A program made the position numbers and the translations under genes. A DNA stretch of 64,000 bases. Origin: Perkinsela sp. CCAP 1560/9 (lineage: Eukaryota > Protista > Euglenozoa: Kinetoplastea). Shown in pieces: positions 56,391 through 64,000 of the stretch. The notes under the pieces are model-generated. The model saw only the letters and a list, made by a program, of their open reading frames with translations, searched no databases and had not been told where the DNA came from. The stretch spans positions 186,001 through 250,000 of the forward strand of contig CBFFSA010000007.1 in NCBI GenBank assembly GCA_965644495.1, in the 5' to 3' direction. Position 1 is the first letter of the stretch. Each line of letters opens with the position of its first letter.

Positions 56391-59300
56391 ATATTATCAT
56401 ACAGTTAATCTGCAGAGATTTGGTAAAGTGAATATCGGAAAACAATTCCGTTATCCGCGCACACAACGCGTTTAATTCACTTTTAGTTCAAGCAACGTTT
56501 GAATTTGGGTCATAGATCCAGTTTACGTCATTGCGGTGCTGAAAAATTTGAAAACTTCCTCGCAGTGCGCTCTGGGTCATACTTTGCCGGCATGCTTCGA
56601 TGAGGCTATCGTTTCCAAGAAAAAGAGAGTTCAGAGCTCGAGCTGAGCTGTGGAGCTTCCCTCTTGCGCCTACTTCGAACACCAGAAGAAAGGTGGCTGG
56701 GTGCTCAAGCTTCCTGGAATGATAAATATTTGTGTACTTGTTCATTTTCCGTTCATGTGCGTAAGCAAAGTTCTCCTCCCAGGGGCAAGTGAGCTCTATG
56801 ATATATTCTTCCCCGTTTGCCAGTTTCACCCAGCGGTCCGGTCGGAGCTCAGTGTCCAAGTTTGTGAGCCACGACGGAGTAGAGCGGAACTGTGGAAGAT
56901 CAAAGTGTGCGAGTCTTGTTGCAGGAGAATTGGCCACACAGTATGCTAGGGTTTGGAGGACTAGATCATGCCGCAGGGTGTATCGGCCCTGTTCGAGTGA
57001 TTTTGCACACCCGGAGAGGATATGGCGTGTGGTCTGCGTTTCGGTTCTGCATATCGGGCACTTGTCGCTGGTGTGGGTTGAAACGCCCCATTTGCGGAGT
57101 GATGCCCTCGTAGGAAGGGGGGTCTGAGTAATAACTGATGCCGTAAATCTTGAGAGGCTTTCGTTTTTCAGATTACATAGTGCAGCGGCAAAATCCCTCG
57201 CTAGATCCGCCTCAGTGGCCATCCTGAACCATTGCCCAGCTACGGTCGTACGTCGTTGAACAGCTTGGGAAAGGTGACGCTCATATTCAGTTGCAAGTAC
57301 TCTTCGGATATTACCGCCTTGGAGGCTTTGAATGTCAATTGAGGGTCGAATGTGCCCGGATTGTCTCTTCGCTTGTTCTCGACGAATACGTTCGCGCAGT
57401 GAATACTTGACAGCAGGATCCTTTGATTTCTCCATTTGCTGAGTAGTTTGTGCTGTGCATAAGAGCCACAGTTTCGACAAGCTCATGAGGTTCCACCCGT
57501 GCTCGGAGTAGAGAAGTTCACTCGTGGCTGTTTTGGCGAGGTTGAGCCATTTACGGATCGCTTGTGTAGCGTACCTCTGAAGACGAAGCACGTTGTTGAA
57601 CGAGAGGCAGGTATTCACAACAAGGGAATAACGAAGACGCGAGATGACACCCTGGTTGTATATCCAGAGTCGTGCGGGCAGGTCATGGGCACTATTCGTA
57701 ATATTTTGTAGCCACATGCGCAGACGAGCTCGCAGTTTCTGGAAGAGAATCTTGCCTTGTTGTGCACCTGGAGCAAGCGTCATCCCTAAGAAGGTGCTTC
57801 CTTTGTCGCATATCTGGGGAATCGGAGCTCCATTGATCGTGAGCTGAGGACGCCGAGTCATATAACCCGAGTCTTGCGTCATTGACATGTGCTGAATTCG
57901 GCACTTTTTAACGTTGAGGTTCATCCCAATGTCGGAAAGCCTTTTACAAGGACATTGGTGGCATTTTGCATTTCCCTGGGGGTATTCGTAATGATGGTAA
58001 GGTCGTCGGCGAAGGCTTTGAGAAAAGTCTCTTTGTCATCCCATGTGATCCCATATTGTGGGCAGCTTGATCGAACAAAACGCAGAACCAACTCCATGCA
58101 AGATTGAATAGTATGGGGGAGAGAGTGTCGCCCTGCAATACACCTCGATCTATCGGGATGGGTTTTGTAAGACCTTCAGCGCACTTGATTTGAATGGATG
58201 CTTTCTCGTAGAGTTGTTCTATGTATTGAACGATAATTGGAGATACGCGCGCCCATTTTAGTGCCTGTAACAGCACAGTATGGGGTACGGACCCGAAAGC
58301 ATTTTTGATGTCGAACTGTGCTAGACAGTATTGTCGTTTGTGGCGTCTTTGGTATTCGAGGAGTTCACATACTTCACATAAACTTGAGTGTGCTCTACAG
58401 TACCATTCATGTGCGGGAGAAAACCTTTTTGTATCGACGTGTCTATGGCGTGAGAGTCGAGGGCGTGGTGGAGGATGCGATGACTTATGATTGAGTGAAA
58501 AAGTTTCCCGAGACAGCTGGTAAGGCTAATTGGGCGCCAGTTTTCCATGAGTTTGGTGTCGCCTCCTTTGTGGATCAGTCGGGTGACGGCCGTTTTCCAT
58601 GTCGGCGGGCATACGCCGAATTTGAGTATATCGTTGAATACCTGCGCGACGACCGAGTAGATGGAAGGGCAACGCTTTAACAAGATGTTGGTTATGGTAT
58701 CTGACCCCGGGGCGGCCCCCGAACGTTTTGATGATATGGCTGCGGCAATGGTGGGTCCATCTATCTCGACTCATTCCATGTGTCCACGTGGTCTAGGTTC
58801 GGTAAACTCATCTGGTGGGATGCTGAATGTCCCGTCCGGTTTGGTCAAGGATGTCTCGAAGAAGCGTTCGACCTCCTGGATGGGCACTGTGGGATATAAT
58901 GAGTCTTTCCCGTCGCGATCTGCATCGTGGTGGTCTAAGCACTCCCCTGCAGCTGTCCACGGGTTGCGTTGAAATCGAGTTTGAGCCCACTGTCGTTCGA
59001 TTTCCATTTTTTGTAGGCGTGCTTCTTCCTCGTATAGTTTTAGCGCTTTGTGTGCTTCTTTTATCCTCCCTCTTTGGGCATATCGCTCTGGGCCGTGCAT
59101 AAAGGTCAGTGACCGTTTTAGTTGACGAACGTGTAGATTTAATGACTTGAGGGTACGGTCGATGGCAAGGGGGCGTGAGCTACTTTTGGACCTGCCTGTT
59201 CGGGTTCGAAGTAGAAACCCGCGTGTGGGGTTAATCTCTTTCGCAGTTTCGTAGACGGATACAGCCAAGATGGCAGAGATGACTTCAGCTTGGAACAGTG

Positions 59301-61376
59301 CGTCTTCTTTACTTCGCGCAGGGTGCATGAATGCATTGCAACGTCCTTCAATTCTTGAGATGGTGAGATCCCATTGGCCAGTGTCAAAGTGCACCAGGGC
59401 ACGTCCACCTTGAATGGTGCGGAATGTTTCAAGCATGCTCTCGAGCTCCGAGCGTGGGCAGGGTGGTGTGGTATGCGATGCGTTTGTTCGTGGGGTTCGT
59501 TGGAGTATAGTGTGGGCACCGTTGTGGTATGAGCGGTCTGAGATCGGATCTGGGCGTCGTTCAGTAGACATTGCGGCGTTTGCAGGATGCGGGGGAGAAT
59601 CTGCGACGGGGGTTGTTGGAAAGCGGTCGGCGAGGGGCTCAGGTTGTGAGGATGGTTGAACTTCCTGGGGGGCAGGCAGTGCGGTCGGTTGGATCGGTCT
59701 ATCGAGTATAAGGAGGTTTCGTACAGTCCAAGATATTGCAGAGCAGGCGATTTCTCCAGCTCTCACGAGCGCGCCTTTTTGGCAGCAGGCGTGTTGGCAT
59801 TGCGATTTATCTTTGCACTTATGCTTGCAGGGACGACGTGGTCTTGTGTCTCGTGATACGTCATTTTCGTTACTGGGGGACGGTTCGTTGGGGGCGGTGC
59901 CGGGAGGCTGGGTGTTGGGAAGTGGAATTTCTCCCATGGTCCCTTCCGTGGTCTCCGTTCGCATGGTTGGCGTCTCTGCTGTGGGAATTTCGGTTACATC
60001 CGTGGAAGCCGATGTCCACGGAATTAGATTTCGCAATGACCATGAGTGGTTTCTATTCGCCGTTGGACTGATGCGGACTCCCTCCTTGCAACATTTGTGC
60101 TTACATAGAGTCTTATTGCCACACTGATGCGTGCATGGACGGTAGTTGTCCCGGTTGGCCGTCTCTGTTGCGTTAGGATCGCTGTTGCTCCCTTGTGGCG
60201 GTGGTTGTGTGTGGGGCATAAGTCGTGTTGGTCTTGCGAGACTCCTTTCCGAGCTGTTAGTTTCTATTGCATGTGCGTGTATGCGATTTTCCGTGTTCGT
60301 GCATGTGATCGTCGTCATATCGGGGTGGGCATCGATCGAGTGGGCAGGGGTAAAGTTCGTATGTGTAACCGGTTGATCCATTGGAGGCTGTGCGGAATGC
60401 AAGTCGTGGTGTACCATCAGTTCGTCTTTGGATACGAGCACACCGATTTTGCAACAACTGTGTAGACATTTTGTTTTGTCGCGACAGGTGTGCTTGCAAG
60501 GTCTTCGCGTCTCCGTATTTGTATGGTGACGGATGGAGTTCGTTGTTGTGACAAGTGGTGCCTCCCTTTCCGTACTATTCGGTCCCACGGTGGTAGCTTC
60601 TGCGGGCGGATTAACCACGGCGGTGGCTTTACAGCACGCATGCAGGCATGAGTTTTTGTCGCGACATTTGTGGTTGCATGGTCGACGTGGCTTTGTAGGT
60701 TGTGATGAGGTTTCCGGTCCTGTTGGCTGTTCCCGGATCCTGTATGCAGCATCGTAGGTGATTTGATGTTGTAACCAAGTCCCGCTTGTGGACTCAGTGC
60801 TTCGCGCTACATGTTTTATTTCATACTGGGACAGTCCAGGGACATTGTCGCCGTTTAATTTTTTCATCATCGCCCTGCTTAAGTTTTGGGGAGACGAATA
60901 ATGCGAGTCGAGACACATCTCCGAGTCGTGAAAAGTGGACGTCCAGCTGGCGTGGCGGAAAGTGCGGTGAGGTGGTTTCTTCTCTTTATATTCCAGGTAT
61001 TCACATGCACCATGGTCCATAACATTCTGTACTGTGCATTTATCGACGACTAGCCCGTCACTTCTTTTGTTCTCTGTTTTTAGAGTCTTGTTTAGGGAAG
61101 CTTCGGCAGTGTGTACACTCGAGAAGAACTTCTTATCGGTAAGAAAGACAGCCGCGGCGTGTGTATCCGGAAAATATGACCACTGAACGCTTGAAGCGAG
61201 TCGAAGTTTCACTGGTACCGCGCGACTCTGGATGAAGTGGAAATTCTGTTGCTTCGCGCTGACAGGTCCTCGAGGAAGGCCGTCGTGCGCGTCGGGAGCA
61301 GATGTGATAACATTGGAGGACATGCTCCGAGAGATAAGTTTAGTACAAAACAACAAGGTACAGAAACTGTATCTTT
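56391..61376 (-). mobile_element. Full-length RLE non-LTR retrotransposon (HERO-like), single ORF of about 1600 aa disabled by 1 stop and 3 frameshifts
   Basis: ATG 61323; RT motifs APGSD, NWRPISL, QKGF, FDIKNAFGSVPH, GVLQGDTLSP, FADD; CCHC knuckle; RHD..LRPD..ELTCPWE..ERK..KY..EVGARG; stop at 56488. Confidence 0.92.
61351..61376 (-). other. 3' 26 nt of the spliced-leader exon at the retrotransposon 5' end
   Basis: 26/26 identical to 52319-52344, ending exactly at the splice donor, 27 nt before the ATG. Confidence 0.88.
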
Positions 61377-61408
61377 TCCTCTATCTTTCACCTTTTCCTC
61401 TATCTTTT

Positions 61409-61473
61409 ACCTCGAATTTTATCAGAGCTGGGTAATTTTCATCAACTCGAAGTTCCTTCATTAAGCCGAAATA
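61409..61473 (-). pseudogene. Fragment of a second SWIM-domain tail
   Basis: Aligns with about 54998-55060 with scattered substitutions. Confidence 0.7.
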
Positions 61474-61659
61474 CACACCCCTGTATACAGCTGGAAGAAC
61501 AATCACTAACTACTTGATCTAAGCTCATCTCAAGGAATAAAAGGAGTAATCACTGCCCTTTAAGTAGTAGCTTTAGTAATTCCTATAGTAATTACGAGAT
61601 TTACTAACTTAAGCTATGCAATTTAGACATACATTGTGCGAGTAAGTGAGTACAGTACT

Positions 61660-61704
61660 AGAGTACCGTACTCGCCGTACTCGCTGTATGCGAGTACGGT
61701 ACTC
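61660..61704. repeat. Fold-back palindrome
   Basis: GAGTACCGTACTCGC ... GCGAGTACGGTACTC perfect 15-bp arms. Confidence 0.75.
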
Positions 61705-61725
61705 GCTCAAAAAATGGTAAATATA

Positions 61726-62558
61726 CAGGGGTGCAAATCAGATGCTGGGGGGTATAAAATTAGCAATTTTTGCGCAATTTTGGAAAATAATAGCGCGTTC
61801 GAGAGCTCTCGCAGAGATCTACGTATTTGGATAGTCGGTTTTCCGGGGTGTAAGGGGGTGGTCAACTGAGGAGAAGCCCAAAAACGTCAAAATGCAAAGA
61901 ACGAATGAAAATTTTTGTACGTTCAATAATTACAACTTTCCCCTTATTTTTCTACTACTATGTCGAAACGCCGCGGCATGCTGTTTAAAGTGCTTATGAG
62001 CATGTCATGACCATCTGTTTTAATGTAATCAACCGCCTTTTCAATAGAATACAAAAGTTCAGTCCTATTTTCTGGATTTGTACCATCTTTAATTAAGGTG
62101 TCCATGATGTCCCAAGTGTTTTCAGTAGGGTTAAGATCTGGGGATTTTGGGTGAAAGTCTAAAACAAAGACTTGGTTTTCTCGAAAGGTTTTAAAGGTGC
62201 CATTGTGACAAGGAGCATTACCCATGGCAACTCTAGTACCGCTATGACGCTTCAAGTAACTTAAGAAACCTCCCCTTTTTGTCATAGCTGCTTTAAAAAC
62301 ATTTGAAGTAATCGTAACCTTCCCATTTCTGTCCCTTTTGGGAAAGACGTGATAAAAAACTCCATAAATAAGGCTTATACCCATCCAAACGTTTACTCCA
62401 TCCCCCCCAAACCATTTTTGCGCAGCTTTTAGGGGTGGCTTGGGGGGGCCACTCACTCGGCTAATGTAAGAACGGCCTTCGCGCCCAAGTTGACAAGTGA
62501 ACTTTTTTTCGTCGCACCAAATAATGTGACGAAGCTGTGCGACGGAACACTTCTGCAT
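61726..62558 (-). mobile_element. Truncated Tc1/IS630-like element
   Basis: TA|CAGGGGTG TIR; ORF 61944-62558 with IIWCDEKKF, MGNAPCH (second Asp replaced by Gly), SPDLNPTENTW. Confidence 0.85.
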
Positions 62559-62561
62559 TCT

Positions 62562-62596
62562 GTATTTTTGGGTACAGTTTGAGTGTAGGATAACTG
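62562..62596. mobile_element. Solo Merlin-type TIR
   Basis: TTTTGGGTACAGTTTGAGTG as at 17071 and 56361. Confidence 0.6.
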
Positions 62597-62696
62597 ATTT
62601 TTTTCTCCTTGGTTTTCTTACATTTTACCCAACCAACTCTTCTGTAGATAATCCCGTAGATACTAGTAATATATCCTTCCGTGCAGCTCGCTAAGA

Positions 62697-63350
62697 ATGT
62701 TGCGTCATTCACTCACTCGATTAGTCGCTGATTTCGGTGAGGAGGGTAAACGGAAGAGACTGCACCAGCACTACGGTAGAATTGCGTTGCCGCGCAAGCG
62801 ATGGGGGAAGGGTCCTAGCCATCGCACCGCAGATAGCAACCGTTTGATTTCCATGCCGGTCTTCTCACAACTTGTCTCCGAACTCGATGACGCATTTCTT
62901 TCCGAGAAAGGAATTCCAAAAGAGGAGATTCGATGGAGGGACGAGCGATGGTTCCGATGGGTGTGTCATACCTGCAAACACACGTACATGAAACCGGTCT
63001 CCGACCGCACGAAACACGGTCACGGTTGCATGGAATGTCTCAAGAATATTCCCTCAGTGACGGACCCAACGCTTCGCACGGTGCCTGCTCGGGAGACGCT
63101 GCCCCCGTTGCAGGCAAAAGCCGTAGGCGAATTGACCGACGCCGCCTCTCGTCGTTCTTGCGTCCTAAAGTGTCCTGGCTGTGGTGGCTCCTTCACGCGG
63201 ACTATTAGATGTGTCACAGGGAATGTAGCTCCGGGTCAGACCCCTGTGGTGCAACAAAATGTATGTAATTCGTGTCTGTGGAAGGAAAGAGTCATGGTAT
63301 CTTCTGCAGAAGATTTTGACACGCTCCGAAACACGTGCGTGCGTGATTGA
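62697..63350 (+). CDS. Zinc-ribbon (treble-clef-like) protein, likely mitochondrial
   Basis: MLRHSL presequence; WVCHTCKHTY..RT..GCMEC and a second CxxC..CxxC. Confidence 0.7.
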   Translation: MLRHSLTRLVADFGEEGKRKRLHQHYGRIALPRKRWGKGPSHRTADSNRLISMPVFSQLVSELDDAFLSEKGIPKEEIRWRDERWFRWVCHTCKHTYMKPVSDRTKHGHGCMECLKNIPSVTDPTLRTVPARETLPPLQAKAVGELTDAASRRSCVLKCPGCGGSFTRTIRCVTGNVAPGQTPVVQQNVCNSCLWKERVMVSSAEDFDTLRNTCVRD

Positions 63351-63592
63351 AAAAGACGGTTAATATTTGGTCTTTAACCCGAAAAGACTATCAGTACCGC
63401 TGCTGTCATTCTTTATTGTACTTTATAATAAATTATCACTGGTTTCCCTGATACTTTTCCGAAAATATTACACTGAACGCTCATCTTCTGTAGAAAAAGT
63501 GCTCAAAAACTGTCTTTATAATTGTCTTTATACTCTTTCGCTTGTTTTTTCGTTTGTCTTTTCTCCTCTACTTACACTTTACACAAGGTTGT

Positions 63593-64000
63593 ATGTTGTC
63601 TTTGCGAGGTCGTCGGGAAGACTCGGATTCCGAGTCTGGATTCTCTAGTTCTGACGAAGAGACGACTTATCAAGTCTCCCGCACAGAGATATCCGGGCAA
63701 GAGGTGATGACGCAAAAGGCACGTCGTCACGATTTTCTTAAGAAGACAGCTGATGCCGATTTCGAGGACCATGCGGAGGAAGATTCTTCGAACATTGTCT
63801 CGCGACTTGCACGAGTAACTGATCAACTGGACCAGTGTCAATACGCTTTTTTGAGTCACATACGAAGTAAGGAGTGGAGGAAAGCGTACGAGACGTGGTC
63901 TACGATGCTCAAACATCTTGAGTATGTCCTAACGCAGAAGACACAGCTGCCTTACCCGTTCCTGTCAGCCGCACGCTTTGCCCGAGATACGTTCACTGCA
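63593..64000 (+). CDS. Probable eIF3 subunit C N-terminus (3'-partial)
   Basis: Open to the window end: MLSLRGRREDSDSES..SSSDEE, then EEDSSNIVSRLARV..EWRKAYETW..LP.PF; pyrimidine tract and AG upstream. Confidence 0.5.
   Translation, partial: MLSLRGRREDSDSESGFSSSDEETTYQVSRTEISGQEVMTQKARRHDFLKKTADADFEDHAEEDSSNIVSRLARVTDQLDQCQYAFLSHIRSKEWRKAYETWSTMLKHLEYVLTQKTQLPYPFLSAARFARDTFTA

Noticed and set aside
56380-56420. SL target-site duplication at the retrotransposon 3' end
   Set aside because: The nearby GATACAGTTTGAG belongs to the Merlin TIR, is on the wrong strand and matches the SL only briefly.
55705-58773. TGA reassignment or read-through suggested by in-frame TGAs in transposon ORFs
   Set aside because: Host genes such as U2AF35 and the ABHD11-like gene end in TGA, and the same elements also carry frameshifts.
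60860-61200. NUMOD1-like HTH repeats at the retrotransposon N-terminus
   Set aside because: Resemblance (YFPDTHAAAVFL) is too weak to support without a profile search.

Overview
Eukaryotic, intron-less window in which every recognisable host gene lies on the + strand, consistent with one polycistronic unit. A kinetoplastid-type spliced-leader (SL) sequence and a kinetoplastid-type U2AF35 point to a kinetoplastid, plausibly a Perkinsela-like prokinetoplastid (inference). About 25 host genes are present, including LYAR, RPT6, a cullin, an LRR protein, YqgE/DUF179, ankyrin-TPR, ABHD11, PTGR3, SWS1, U2AF35, COQ8, an LYR protein, DnaJ and probably eIF3c. They are separated by islands of nested Tc1/mariner, Merlin (IS1595-like) and RLE non-LTR retrotransposon debris. 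Main observations: (1) a full-length but disabled HERO-like RLE retrotransposon (56391-61376, -) starts with the last 26 nt of the SL exon joined exactly at the splice site, carries four MER3/HFM1-like CxHxCxxKxxCxHxCC fingers, and has a 3' UTR RNA structure that covaries with a second subfamily; (2) a solitary SL-RNA-gene-like locus starts at 52360 (-); (3) a Merlin transposase appears to be fused to a C-terminal SWIM finger; (4) an SMG1-like PIKK gene is decayed and cut by a transposon; (5) C-rich to G-rich skew-switch islands recur inside coding sequences roughly every 9-11 kb. All family calls are from motif recognition by eye; no database searches were run.
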